Source: Octopus sinensis (taxonomy: Eukaryota). Taken from it: a stretch of 64,000 bases of DNA. Both the position numbers and the translations under genes were made by a program. Location of the stretch: contig NW_021837030.1 of the NCBI RefSeq assembly GCF_006345805.1, positions 2,685 to 66,684 on the forward strand, in the 5' to 3' direction. The notes beneath the pieces are model-generated. The model was not told the DNA's origin. It did not search any database and saw only the letters and a list, made by a program, of their open reading frames with translations. Positions 1-12,448 of the stretch are shown here, one piece after another (position 1 is the first letter of the stretch; each line of letters opens with the position of its first letter).

Positions 1-602
1 ATACATGTATATATACATATATATATACATATATATATACATATATATACATATATAAATATGCCTATTTTTGTATGTATATGCGCATAAATATAAATGT
101 ATGTATATCTATACCTAATTGTAAACGGAGTATATGTCTGTGTGTGTTTGTAGATAGATAGATAAATAGATAGAACAGATAGAGAGAGATATGTGTACAT
201 ACATAGATTCAGATATTTTAAAGCATATGTATGTATGTGTCTATGTGTACGCATTTGGTTTGTGCATGGGTTTGAGAATTTGTGTGCATGTACGTCTGTG
301 CGTGCCTAGGAGCGTGTCCGCTTGTATGGATGGATGATTGGTTGGATGGATGGATGGATGGATGGATGGATGGATATGAATATAGACTATACATCCATCC
401 ATACAATTCGAAAAGTACTTGCATACACACACGCGCGCACGCACGCGCGCTCACTGTCACACACACTCACACCCGCACATACACACGTGTATGTGTGTAA
501 GTGTGAACATGTGTAAGAAGCTTACAAATGAAACGCAAGCATGTAAATACATCAAATGAACACAGTCACGTTATCTAGAAAAATTATTTATGTACACACA
601 CC

Positions 603-636
<34 letters not shown>
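1..636. repeat. Compound microsatellites (TA)n, (GATA)n, (TGGA)n, (CA)n
   Basis: Seen directly; explains ORFs 218-516. Confidence 0.9.
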
Positions 637-637
<1 letters not shown>

Positions 638-1030
638 TAGCAGTATCGCCCGGCGTTGCTCGGGTTGTAAGGGAAATAAATATATAAGCATTTTTAGAGA
701 GTTATAGCCAAAAAATAGCAAAGAAATGCATTAAAAATTGAAGAAAAATTAAGGTAAATTTTTTTTTAAATCGTTGACACATCGTAGATATTGTTAGAGA
801 GTTACTTCCCTTATATAAAAGCGAAAAAATGCATTAAAATGGAAAAATATGATGGTAATTTTTTTTTAAATCGTAGACTCATCGTAGACGCACGCTAATA
901 CCCAGAAGGGCTCGATATGAATCACGACTATAAGATACCCGCTTTTGGTTAAACTGCACCGCAAAATGTGGGAGTAGTTAGGAATCTAAATCGTAGGAGA
1001 CAGACACACAACTTCACTCTTATATAAAGA
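637..1030 (-). mobile_element. Non-autonomous Helitron-like element, copy 1
   Basis: On - strand starts A|TCTTTATATA (1030) and ends CCCGAGCAACGCCGGG hairpin + CGATACTG-CTAG|T (637); no TSD; homologous to 30417-30919. Matches Helitron A|TC...CTRR|T rule. Confidence 0.85.
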
Positions 1031-2229
1031 TGCTTTTTTTTTCAGTCATAGAGTTAGATTTATGAAGGTCTTCAGTAGAAAATCCTTCGAATTCTGACTC
1101 GCTGCTTGATATAATGAAATTCGTATCCATTTTTTGTCAGAATTACAAAATTGAAAACACAATAGGAACAAATTTCGGAAAAAAATCTCCCATAATTCAC
1201 GGAATTAAAATTACACTTCGATTTTTGTACAAAACTGTAGTTGAAGTGTTTACGAAGTATAATACGTGTTTTCACGAATGTACTAAAGAGATTTGCTCTG
1301 ATATTCTCATTTAAATATGAATAGGTAAATTCGGGCGGCTTGGTAACTATATATAAGTGTCGTCTGTTTATACATAAACACTGTTTCATACTGCAATTAT
1401 ATATACATATATCTATATATAATATTATATAATAAAAGATATACAGAGTAAAAAAAACCAATTTACCTTTTCTGTCCGTCCGTGTGTCTTTGCAAATGTG
1501 TTGGAATGATAAGTGAGTTGAGTTTTGGCGCCTTTTTTACTAATAACACACACACGTGTTTGTATGTAGTTGTATGTGTATGTAGTTGTATGTAGTTGTA
1601 TATGTATGTGTATGCGTGTGTGTGAGGAATGACACACACACACTCACGCACGCACACATGTACATCAATGCTTTCGGAGTGATATGTTAAAATATTGAGT
1701 TTTCTCGAATTTTGTCTTAATTGGTGGTAAAATTGAAAGAAATTTTTATGGCATCACCACTGAAGTACTCTGAAAAATCTTAGGTAAATTCTAATTGAAG
1801 AAATTGTGTGAGGAGAAATGGTTATGTATTTATGTTTCTGTTTGCTGTGTTTTTTATTTTTTGAGTAGTGGTTTAAATACTTTCAGTTTAGTCTTCCTCA
1901 AATCACTCTGTCGCTATTTACTTTCATTTTATTCGTTGCCCACTGTGTGTGTGCGTTTGCGTGTGGTGTAAACCAGACTAAGAAAAGCATTTGACACACA
2001 CACCAGAATGTGAGTTTTCTGTAAATTTTGCTTAATTGGAGTTTAAATTTTAAAAACTGGACCTGGCATGACGCGATGCATTGTACTCTTAAAAATGCTA
2101 GGTAAATTGTAATTGAAGAAATCCTATATTGTAGATTTGTATAACTCCCAAAGGGAGGCAGATAAAATCTGCCTTTTATAATAAGATATATATATATATA
2201 TATTGAAGAAATACGTGATACACCTGTCC

Positions 2230-2480
2230 ACTCTATGCAGTTCAACCGATTACCGCTCTGATAGAGCTTCAGGAATATGAATTTCTATATATTTATAAGT
2301 TTTCGTATATATATGTGTATTTATAAATTCTTGGAAAATGTTTTTATATATCGTATAGATGAACGCATCTATGTATGCATTTTGTATACCATGTAGAACT
2401 TCGTTAATATGGATTGAATGAATATATACTTCGGCCTTTGAATTTGTTTTCTCCTCTCCTTGATTTTATATATATATAAT
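2230..2480 (-). mobile_element. Probable 5' part of another Helitron-like repeat
   Basis: Begins TATATATATAAAATCAAGG on - strand, same style as the other rolling-circle 5' ends here; no terminus proven; boundaries approximate. Confidence 0.3.
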
Positions 2481-2528
2481 ACATTTAATATAATACATAT
2501 ATATTATATATATATATATATATAATAT

Positions 2529-2572
<44 letters not shown>

Positions 2573-2581
2573 TAGAGATAT

Positions 2582-2616
<35 letters not shown>

Positions 2617-2650
2617 AAGTGAGAGAGATGTGGTGTGTGTGTGTGTGTTC

Positions 2651-2954
2651 AAGTGACCTGGCTTAGTGGTTAGGGTATTCGGCTCATGATTCTAAGGACT
2701 TTAGTTCGATTCCCGGTGGCGCGATCTTTGAGTTATGCGAGACGCTTTATTTCACGTTAGCCCTGTTCACTCAGCTGGCATAAATAAGTTGTACTTGTAT
2801 TTCAAACGGCCAGCCTTGTCACATTCTGTGTCACGCTGAATCTCCCCGAGAACTACGTTAAGGGTACACATGTCTGTGGAGTGCTCAGCCATTTGCACAT
2901 TAATTGCACGAACAGATTGTTCCGTAGATCGGATCAACTGGAACACTCGTCGTT
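2651..2954 (+). mobile_element. SINE: head E + tail F
   Basis: A-box TGGCTTAGTGG, B-box GTTCGATTCC; tail GTCACGCTGAATCTCCCCGAGAACTACGTTAAGGGTACAC shared with 9702-10088 and 44741-44879. Confidence 0.85.
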
Positions 2955-2968
2955 CTTTTGTCCTTCTT

Positions 2969-3042
2969 TACGTTCTGAGTTCAAATTCCGCTGAAGTCGA
3001 TTTTGCCGTTCATACCTCTTGGGATCGATAAAAAAAGTACCA
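2969..3042 (+). mobile_element. SINE-B core fragment
   Basis: TACGTTCTGAGTTCAAATTCCGC..GTCGA..GATAAA..AGTACCA matches the B copies. Confidence 0.75.
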
Positions 3043-3129
3043 TTGAAAAACAATTTTGATGTACGTGTCTTCCACGTTGTTCCCGTTTTCTCGGCGTGGA
3101 TTTGCATGACTATGAAAAGAAGTTTTGAT

Positions 3130-4440
3130 CTGTGTGAAAATGCAAACTAATTATCATGTCCGGTTGTGCTTTAAGAGCATTGATTCTTAAGTTGACTGTG
3201 AAAACCAAGCCGTTCGCTGCTGGATAAGTTACCGTACATGCTCGAGTGCAGTGTAGCAGTCATGCTACTTCCTCGAATGAGATTGAAGCTGTCGCTTCCT
3301 CTTAGTCGTATATAATTAGTTTTGTTCTGTATCTGGGAAATTTAGTGATGGTTAAATGCTTTGGCATCTATTCCTGCTGTATAGTCGGCTAGTGGAACAG
3401 ACCCTAGATCTGCTGTAATTGTTTGGACAGGCGAACAAATTAATAGTTCAAGTGGTTCTACAAGATCGATGTAGAACCACGTGTTCAAATATTGTGTCTG
3501 GCGAAGCAAACTTGCCCAAAGGTGATATGACATGGTAGAATTTTGCAGTTTCTTAGTCACATCCGAGAGTTGAAGTTGATACTAGCTTAAATAAAGACTG
3601 CCGATATTAATTTGCATGTTGCGAGCGTACCTGGACGATATAAATGGAGTGGCGAATCGAAAACTGAGAATCAGTAATTTTCAGATATATAAAGACGTTC
3701 TTTATCTTTAGGACATATTACACAAGATGTACTCATTTAAAGACGTAATTAACATTTTCTGAATAATTAACGAAGCTAACGAATTTCATAGCTTTAGAAA
3801 TCTTTCGTTGTTTCCGTGAAGTATTCTAAACTGTGATCTGTGCTGTTTATTCTAAACTGATAAAAGCAAACGAGTAGCGCGTTGACACTGCTTCGGGATA
3901 GTTTGTCCGCGGCTGTATTTTTACCATCTTTTAATATGTTAACATCAATAGCGAACTGCGATACGTAATCCAGATGAACGAAGTCTGCAGGTAAATGCCA
4001 TTTTGGTTATCATTATAGCAAACATTAACGGTTTATGGTGTGTGTAAATTGTAAAATTCCGGTCTTTAATTGGCAAAAATGTTTTCCGCCTTAGTAAGCC
4101 GCCAACAATTCGCTGCTTCAAATACTATATTTGGTTTCGTATGTTTATTGACTCCAAGAGAAGGAGAACGCTTTCCATTTTCATTCTATCTCTTGTTACG
4201 GAGGATCTTCTATCGTTATATCCGATGCCTCTGTCAATAAATACAGAGGCTCAGTGAACCAGAAGAGTAGTTCCGTCCAATTTTTTATTTATTTAATGTT
4301 TTAGAAAGACTGCCATTCAATTGTCTCCAAATTGATAGTGTAATTGTTTCTTTTATTTGTGCGGAAAGGTCAAGGATTGGGTAATTTGTGCGCAATAAGA
4401 AATGAATATACGGTAAAAGAAAAAAAACATAATCAGGCAA
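3130..4440 (-). mobile_element. Decayed Ty3/Gypsy pol (connection, RNase H, integrase)
   Basis: Manual translation with frameshifts: PLYLLTEASDITI, ETKYS...ELLAAY, HKPL, HLDYVSQFAIDVNILKDGKNTAADKLSR, ATCKLISAVF, ISPLGKFASPDTIFEHV/YIDLVEPL, YPAANGLV. Boundaries approximate. Confidence 0.8.
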
Positions 4441-4459
4441 AGAAAGTCTCTTTCATTTA

Positions 4460-6780
4460 CATGAAGAAGCGGTGCTCGAAACTTTGTCAGTAGTATGTAT
4501 CCACTATCAGCTGCTTGCTAAAACGAAATCCCTCTCAACCGATAGAGGAAAATAGGCTTGAATAATTACTGATATCGCGATCAGCCCTTCGTTTGACTTT
4601 TTCATTCGCTCATGAAAGGAGATGATAACATTCAACATCTTGTTTGGCATATCAATCATTTTCACAACTTGCCAGTTAACAGTATCAAAGCCCTAAGTAA
4701 GGTCAACAAATATCAAGAACAACTCTTGATTTTTCTCACATACATTCTCCATGACCTGTCGGGGGGGGGGAAAGAGCATGTCGATATTACCACGGTCAGA
4801 GCGATATCCGTACTGGGATTCTGGATAGATATCATTTACAACGTGTTTGATGATCCTGTCAAGAACGAGTCGAGCAAGAATCTTACCAGCAATAGACAGA
4901 AGCGATATCCCACGACGATTATCACAGACGCTTCTGTTTCCTTTGTTCTCATAAAGATGTTGAATTGCGGCATCCTTGAATTCCTGTATTACATGGCGGC
5001 CTACCATCCAAATGTTTATGAAGAAGTCGTGCAGTTTCTTAAAAAGCTTCAGTCCACCACGTAGACTGCTGGAGGGATCGCATCTCTCTCAGGTGCTTTA
5101 CCAGAAGACATCTTTTCAATAGAATTTACTACTTCCAAGAAAGTTGGTTCCTAAAACAGTTCCGGTATTTCAGTGTGCTGTAGAGCAGACATTGTGACGT
5201 CATCATTGGTGACTGGGGTGGAGATCAATACAGCGTGAAAGTGATCTTTCCATCGTTTCAGGATGTCAGATTTGCCAATCAGCAGTGTGTCTCTATTCGA
5301 TGAAGAAACAGGAGTAGCACCGTGCTCTTGAGGACCATACACTTTCTTGATGCCATCATAAAAGGTTTTGGAATCCTTTATGTCTGCAGCTTCTTGGAGT
5401 TCAGTAGCCTTGAAAGACCATCAAGCCTCCTCCTTCATCTGTTTCAGAGCCAACCTCTCGAAAGAGCTGTTCTTCACTCCTGCTCCAGAGCGTCGGCTGC
5501 GGGGTCATTCCGAAAAGCTCTACCTGCGACGATTTCATCTCAATCGAAGGAGAGGAGCTTTCTCCGTCCGGGTTGCGGATCCGTGGAACAAGCTGCCAGA
5601 CGAGATGGTGAAGATGCCGACGACCGCTTTGTTCAAAGCCTCCCTTGACCTCAAGTGGCCTGAACTCTTTACATGAACACCACCCTGTACTTAACTCCAT
5701 GTCCCCCTACATGGCCTTGCTATTTGCTTTTGAGCCAAATTAACTAACTAACATAACTAACTATGTGGAACCTGGCCTCTGCATTTCTTGTAGGCATTCT
5801 CTTTTCTGGATGAGCTCTTATCGTTTATCAAAGTTTTGTGAGAGCTGTGCATTCTACCTATCAACTGTTGCTATCGTTGAACCAATCTTGATGTTTACGA
5901 ACAGGAATTTCAAGAACCTCTACAGATGCAGAGTGTGTTGCATCACGCAGAGCCTTCCAAGATGATTCTATGTCATCATTGATATCAACAGTGTTGAGTG
6001 CAGTGTTCAACTTGAAAGAGAGCTCAGCCTGCTCTTCAACAGTTTTCAAAGGCAGAACATTAATGAGCTTAGGCACTGATGACTTTTGTAGTTTTGTGTG
6101 ATTCAGATGAAACGTAGCCTTAGTTACGGAGAAGAGAATGGTCAGAGAGATAACAGATGTTATGAAAGGAATGTATAATGTTAAAGTCCCTAATATCTCG
6201 TTTCTTAGTGATAACATAGTATATGAGATGCCAATCCTTAGATCTAGAATGCATCCAGGTCGTCTTGCAACAATTTCGCTGTTGAAAAAATTATTTGTGA
6301 TGCTTAGAGTGAATTTCTAAATAGGGAGAGTACACGCAGGCCGCTGGAGTTCATTCGACCTACACCCTGACGACCAAGTACACCCTCTCATGCCTGATAG
6401 TCAGTGCCAATACGTGCGTTAAAGTCGCCCATAAGGATAAGTTTATCCTTATGGTGACAACTGGAGATGACTTCACGGAGCTGGTTGTAAACTTCATCCT
6501 TTTCCTGCTCAGTGATGCCCAAGGTTGAGGCATAACAACTGACAAGCCTAGCACGTATGTTGTGATCAAGTTCCAACGTTAGTGTCATGATGCGATCAGA
6601 AAAAACTATGGATAGAGAAAGAAGGGATCCTGCTATTTCTGTTTTGATGGCAAAACCAGCAGCAGAGTGGCATGTCTCGTCTTCGTTTCTTCCACACAAT
6701 AAAAATATGTATCCACCTTTACAAATTTCCTCAAAACAACTTGTCTGACCGTCCCATAGAGCCTCCCTTTGAGAAACACT
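4460..6780 (-). mobile_element. Decayed RTE-clade LINE (AP endonuclease, linker, RT), interrupted by CR1
   Basis: KDKLILMGDFNARIG (EN), RKHQDWF, FYDGIKKVYGP, RGISLLSIAGKILARL...PESQYGYR, FVDLT (RT); many stops and frameshifts; 3' end missing. Confidence 0.92.
5451..5762 (+). mobile_element. 5'-truncated CR1-clade LINE 3' end
   Basis: Open frame ...RLRGHSEKLYLRRFHLNRRRGAFSVRVADPWNKLP... to stop at 5676; 3' UTR hairpin CCATGT-CCCCCT-ACATGG (5697-5714); (TAAC)n tail to 5762. Confidence 0.9.
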
Positions 6781-6794
6781 GATTTAACCTAAAT

Positions 6795-7070
6795 TTGAGA
6801 CACCAAACAGGCCGGCTTATTTTGCGCACACTGCACGTGCATTTTTCTCAGCTGATGTACTTGCGCGTACAAATGCACGTTCCCACGGATTTATCGATCG
6901 CATTCTCACCTGGAATCGATTTTTGTAATTTTTTTCAAGACTTATACACACCCTGATACCGTCGGTATCTACATATCAATTTTGAGCGCAATCGGATGGA
7001 GGATGCCCGAGATCCTAGAAGACACACACACTGACAGACAGAACGAATTTTATATAATATATATATATAT
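6795..7070 (-). mobile_element. Helitron/HINE-like non-autonomous fragment
   Basis: - strand TATATATAAAATTCGTTCTGTCTGTC...ATCCGATTGCGCTCAAAATTGATATG resembles rolling-circle non-autonomous 5' regions; no CTAG end seen. Confidence 0.45.
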
Positions 7071-8014
7071 ACACAGAGGTTAATGACTCCATACTTCATA
7101 ACTGTACACGTGTAAAGCTGTATCAGTGTGCCGTGTGTCATTAACCTAAGCAACAAGAAGATTAAAACATTTAAATTTTAAATATGTCTACGAATTTCAC
7201 ATCTAGAATACGAAAAACAACACTGGAAGATATAAGTATTGTTGAACGCCTGCTGTGTAAAATATTGCAATTTCCGCTCTAGACATCTCGTATTTCTAAT
7301 TAAACGAAGCAGACAATTTGTATTGTTTGTTGTTGTGTTTTTTTCTTATTGTTTACTCTTTTTTTTTTTAAGCTTTTACAAATGCCAATAACCGATTACA
7401 CAGTGTATTATATGAACAAGAACCTAAGTTATTATAAAAGATTTCTGTTTCGAAATATTAACAAGATAAGCAATTCAGATAAATAAAGCTGCAAATACTT
7501 CAAGTTCTATATATTATCATTGTGTAGTTTGGTTTGGCTTTGTTTTTGTTTTGTTTTTCTATGTATCACAACAGTTTTGTTGGGTAAACGTTGCTAATGA
7601 GGCAAATGGGTTGCTACTTTCCTAGAGGGTGATGTTGGAAAGAAAAACAACCTTTGAGAGAGTCATGGCAAAGAAAATAATATTGAAAACTACTTCACCT
7701 AAAGAGCATCGGTTATTTAGTTTACATCGGCTAAGGATATATATATATATATAATATATAAATATATTATATATATATATATATACACAATGACCTCGAA
7801 CCCACAAGAGTAAACAAGAGAAACAGAGACAGGCAGAGACAAGGAAAATGACACTTATATTTGAACACTATACAAATATTCTTTTTAAAAAACTTTCTTT
7901 TAATTTTTCTAATTTAATTATTTCATTGTTACAGTTGAAAAAGTCTCAATGGCTGAAACCGGTACTGAAATGTTCTTTTATAAAAAAATTTAGCATTTTC
8001 TATCCTGACTTGTT

Positions 8015-8066
<52 letters not shown>

Positions 8067-8072
8067 TATATA

Positions 8073-8459
8073 TCTTTTACTTGTTCACAGTATTTGACTG
8101 TGGCCATGCTGGAGTACCGCCTTTTAGGCGAGCAAATGTAAGCCTGGTACTTATTCTATCGGTCTCTTTTGCCGAACCGCTAAGTTACGGGGACGTAAAC
8201 ACACCAGCATCGGTTGTCAAGCGATGATGGGGGAGACAAACACAGACACACAAACATATACTACGCATACACAATACATATATGTATACATATATACGGC
8301 GGGCTTCTTTCAGTTTCCATCTACCAAATCCTCTCACAAGGCTTTGGTCGGCTCGAGGCTATAGCAGAAGACACTTGCCCAAGATGCCACGCAGTGGGAC
8401 TGAACCCGGAACCATGTGGTTGGTTAGCAAGCTACTTACCACACAGCCACTCCTGCGCC
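8073..8459 (-). mobile_element. SINE-A, full length
   Basis: tRNA-like head GGCGCAGGAGTGGCTGTGTGG..GGTTCAGTCC, CORE-like CTTGGGCAAGTGTCTTCT, internal TA/TG microsatellite, (GTAAAAGA)n tail. Confidence 0.95.
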
Positions 8460-8578
8460 TAGTATGTCTACACAAACATTAGATCACAATAAACAAATCG
8501 TCTCTGTGGTTGTTTGGTAAGAAATCGTCGAACCCTCATACGTCGTCTAACGACGGGAGAGTCCATGTGTGTGCTTGT

Positions 8579-8655
<77 letters not shown>

Positions 8656-9120
8656 GATAATGGTGATGATGATAATTGAAATGTAAAAATCCCTGGAAAC
8701 GTTACTTACAACATTTCTAAAAAATAGCCATACAATTACTGCTTTGGCCAGGTCAAAATACAGTTCACTTGACATGCTCAATAAATCTTGACGCCTAATT
8801 CAATTAACTTAAGTATTTTAGTAAAAGCCAGACACTGACTGGTCAGAATAGAGCTTGCAAAATTTAATATTCTGGAGCCTATACAAATGTATTTAAGGTA
8901 CAGTCGTAAATTGCAAAACATAACTGTCACCACTACTATATGAACCTGAAGATTGCATAGATTAATGCATGAAAGTACTAGTTCAATCAGAATGGACATT
9001 TCATTATATTATATTATATTATATCATATTATATTATATTATACTATCATAAGATTGTAAATAAAAACGTGAAAATCGGACAAAGTTGAAATTTCTTTGA
9101 GTATTATATATATATATGTG

Positions 9121-9178
<58 letters not shown>

Positions 9179-9180
9179 GT

Positions 9181-9575
9181 GACTGGGTGTGTGGTAAAGA
9201 ACTTGTTTCCCAACCACATAGTTCTGGGTTCAGTCCCACTGCTTGACACTTTGGGCAAATGTCTTCTACTATAGCCTCGGGCCGACCAAAACCTTGTAAA
9301 TGGATTTGGTAGATGGAAACTGAAAGAAGCCCGTCGTATATATACATATGTATATATCTATATGTGTGTGTGTCTTTGTGTCTGTGTTTGTCCTCCATCG
9401 TCGCTTGGCAATCAGTGTTGGTGTGTTTACGTCCCCTTAACTTTCGGCCAAATAGACCAATAGTATAAGCTTAAGAAATAAGTCTTGGGGTCGATTTGCT
9501 CGATTAAGACTTTCAAGGCGGTGCCCCAGTATGGTTGCTGTCAAATGACTGAAACAAGTAAAAGAATAAAAGAAT
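9181..9575 (+). mobile_element. SINE-A, near full length
   Basis: Aligns end to end with the other A copies. Confidence 0.93.
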
Positions 9576-9582
9576 ATATATA

Positions 9583-9637
<55 letters not shown>

Positions 9638-9701
9638 GTGTGTGTGTTGTGTGTGGTGTGTGTGTGTGTATACATATATATATATATATATATATATAAG
9701 T

Positions 9702-10088
9702 GGAGGCGCAATGGCCCAGTGGTTAGGGCAGCGGACTCGCGGTCATAGGATCGCGGTTTCGATTCCCAGACCAGGCGTTGTGAGTGTTTATTGAGCGAAA
9801 ACCCCTAAAAGCTCCACGAGGCTACGGCAGGGGATGGTGTGATCCCTGCTGTACTCTTTCACCCACCCAACTTTCTCTCACTCTTACTTCCTGTTTCTGT
9901 CGTCGTACCTGTATTTCAAGGGGCCGGCCTTGTCACTCTCTGTGTCACGCTGAATATCCCCGAGAACTACGTTAAGGGTACACGTGTCTGTGGAGTGCTC
10001 AGCCACTTACACGTTAATTTCACGAGCAGGCTGTTCCTGTTGATTCGGATCAACCAGAACCCTCATCGTCGTAACCGACGGAGTGCTT
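9702..10088 (+). mobile_element. SINE: head C + tail F
   Basis: A-box TGGCCCAGTGG, B-box GTTTCGATTCC; 3' 200 bp equals tail of 2651-2954. Confidence 0.92.
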
Positions 10089-10559
10089 CCATCCATCCAT
10101 ATATATATATATATTTATAATGTATTGTACCGTGATGGTAAGATCAACGGAAAAAGTATTCTATAACTATTATTTAGTAGACACAATACGAACATGCTAA
10201 AGTTTTTAAAAACGTCTGATGTCTCGGCACAGTCATCAGATACACTCACATAGCATAACGAACTAGAAACTGAAGGCAGACATTTTGGGGGACTGAGCGT
10301 GTCTACAACGTTTTATACTATTTAAAATTGATAATTGATTTTGCTTTTTGCAATGCTTTGTTTTAACATTTTGCTGAATATATTTGCATGAATATAGTAC
10401 TGAACATATTCATAGAGTTTTAACCAATGGAGTATGTAAAGACATATATAAATCATTTGTCTTCGTATACAATATATTTGAAAATATTGTATATAAGGAC
10501 AGTGTTTAAATCCGCTTAAAGCGTATAGTATTGACTAAGATTTACAATGTTTAAGAAGA

Positions 10560-11400
10560 AACGAAACAACAGATGTCCCTGTTCGCTTTGATTAATTGCT
10601 TAGAGACAAGTTTGCCTCTTTTCTTTGATGGAAGACATATTACTCAGGAACAGTTTTAAATAAGAAGCATATCCCAGGATCTATTAAATACAGACATTCA
10701 TCTAAAACAGTAAACAAAAGAATTAGTTTCTCCATTCGTAAACTCGATCGAAGAGAATCCGACGAGCAACTGACAGTCGAAGAAAAAGTGGATTACAAGG
10801 TACTTTGCACCCGCCTTCTAAAATAAGTGATAGACTGACAAATTAACGAAAATCTAATTTATGTATATTAAGCCTGACATACAACAATTTTCTGATAGCA
10901 TCATGAACGGTTGCATGTCTGAAAATCCCACTGTCAGAAGTGAGTATGAATCTGCTTTCTCTAAAAGCCCAAACAGTAATTGTTTAAAGAGGACATGTGC
11001 ATTTGAAGTTCTCATAAATCAGTTCCCTTTTTGTTGACTGTCCGGTTACTGGCGAGATTCTGAGGCTAATTTCCATCCGATAATCACATTTTCTAAATAT
11101 TTTTCCCTGCCATGAAACCAAGAAAGACTTGCGGAACAGAAATATATACGGTTTTAATCCTATTTTTAACAGAGGGTTTTCACCAAGGGTCCACTTCTTT
11201 TTAATGAAAAGTGTTCGGCTCCTCTGCTTCTGATATCTGGGTTCAGCAAAGCAGCTCCTTTCGAATAAAAGTCCTGGCAATTAATAACCCACAGAACATT
11301 GATCCTAACATTGAAGCACGGCTTACAAGTTTATCCAAGAGCTACATAATCAATTAAATCCATTCCTGTGTAATACTTGTAGAGGATCTCACAAAAATCA
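10560..11400 (-). mobile_element. Decayed hAT (Charlie/SPIN-like) transposase relic
   Basis: Fragments LDKLVSRASMLGS (cf. WDKLVS..TDGAPSMLG), LVSWQGKIFRK (cf. WLSRGKVL), LFLSNMSSIKEKRQTCL (cf. dimerisation domain) in the right order; no TIRs found. Confidence 0.5.
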
Positions 11401-11443
11401 CCAATGATCTTCTATTAAATCTACCTTATTTTTAGGTTCTGTC

Positions 11444-11630
11444 CTTTACTTCTTTCAGTCATTAAACTGCGACCATGCTGGGGCACCGCCGCGAAAAATA
11501 TTTTAGTCGAATGAAACTGACCCCAATACTTATTTTTCATAAAGCCTGGTACTTATTCTATCGGGCTCTTTTGTCGAACCGCTAAGTAATGGAGACATAA
11601 ACACACACAAAGACACACCCACACCCACAC
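11444..11630 (-). mobile_element. SINE-A 3' half
   Basis: Tail through to the internal microsatellite; head absent. Confidence 0.88.
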
Positions 11631-11874
11631 ACACATATACATATATGTATATGCATATGTGTGTGTATGTATATATATTTATATATATATATATATATAT
11701 GTATATACATATGTATGTATATAAGGTTATAATGGACACAGGTTCGTGTGTCATATAGCTAGCAAGAGGCGATGGTCTCTTGGAGCTAATCAACGGCAGC
11801 TTTCGTCCTATTTTTATAGACAGCCATATTAGCTTGGCGATAACTGTTAATATCCAGTACCTCTGCCGTAGTCT

Positions 11875-12279
11875 CCTGTGGTAAGTAGCTTGCTTACCAG
11901 CCACATGGTTCTGGGTTCAGTCCCACTGCGTGGCACCTTGGGCAAGTGTCTTCTACTATAGCCTCGGGCCGACCAAAGCCTTGTGAGTGGATTTGGTAGA
12001 CGGAAACTCAAAGAAGCCCGTCGTATATATGTATATATGTATATATATGCGTGTGTGTGTTTGTGTGTCTGTGTTTGTCTCCCTAGCATTGCTTGACAAC
12101 CGATGCTGGTGTGTTTATGTCCCCGTCACTTAGCGGTTCGGCAAAAGAGACCGATAGAATAAGTACTGGGCTTACAAAAGAATAAGTCCCGGGGTCGAGT
12201 TGCTCGATTAAAGGCGGTGCTCCAGCATGGCCGCAGTCAAATCACTGAAACAAGTAAAAGAGTAAAAGAGTAAAAGAGT
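11875..12279 (+). mobile_element. SINE-A, near full length
   Basis: Close match to A consensus, (GTAAAAGA)3 tail. Confidence 0.95.
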
Positions 12280-12280
12280 A

Positions 12281-12448
12281 TATATATATACGACAGGCTT
12301 CTTTCGATTTCCGTCTATCAATTCCACCCACAAGGCTTTGGTCAACCTGAGGATACAGTAAAAGACACTTGGTCAAGATGTCATGCAGTGGGATCGAGCC
12401 CCGAACCATGTGGTTGAGAGGCAAACTTCTTACCAGACAGTCACACCT
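12281..12448 (-). mobile_element. SINE-A 5' half (diverged)
   Basis: Head to internal microsatellite, reverse orientation, abutting previous tail. Confidence 0.85.

Noticed and set aside
4612-5064. 150-aa + strand ORF
   Set aside because: Antisense shadow of the RTE RT.
5368-5676. 102-aa ORF as a gene
   Set aside because: Chimera of antisense RTE sequence (5368-5450) and the CR1 insert.
8704-8800. Candidate - strand exon ..SSELYFDLAKAVIVWLFFRNV|GTAAGT
   Set aside because: Poor acceptor; YFDLAKA could equally be a decayed RT motif; no support.
9702-9780. SINE heads as tRNA genes
   Set aside because: A and B boxes present but acceptor and anticodon stems do not pair and each continues into a SINE body.
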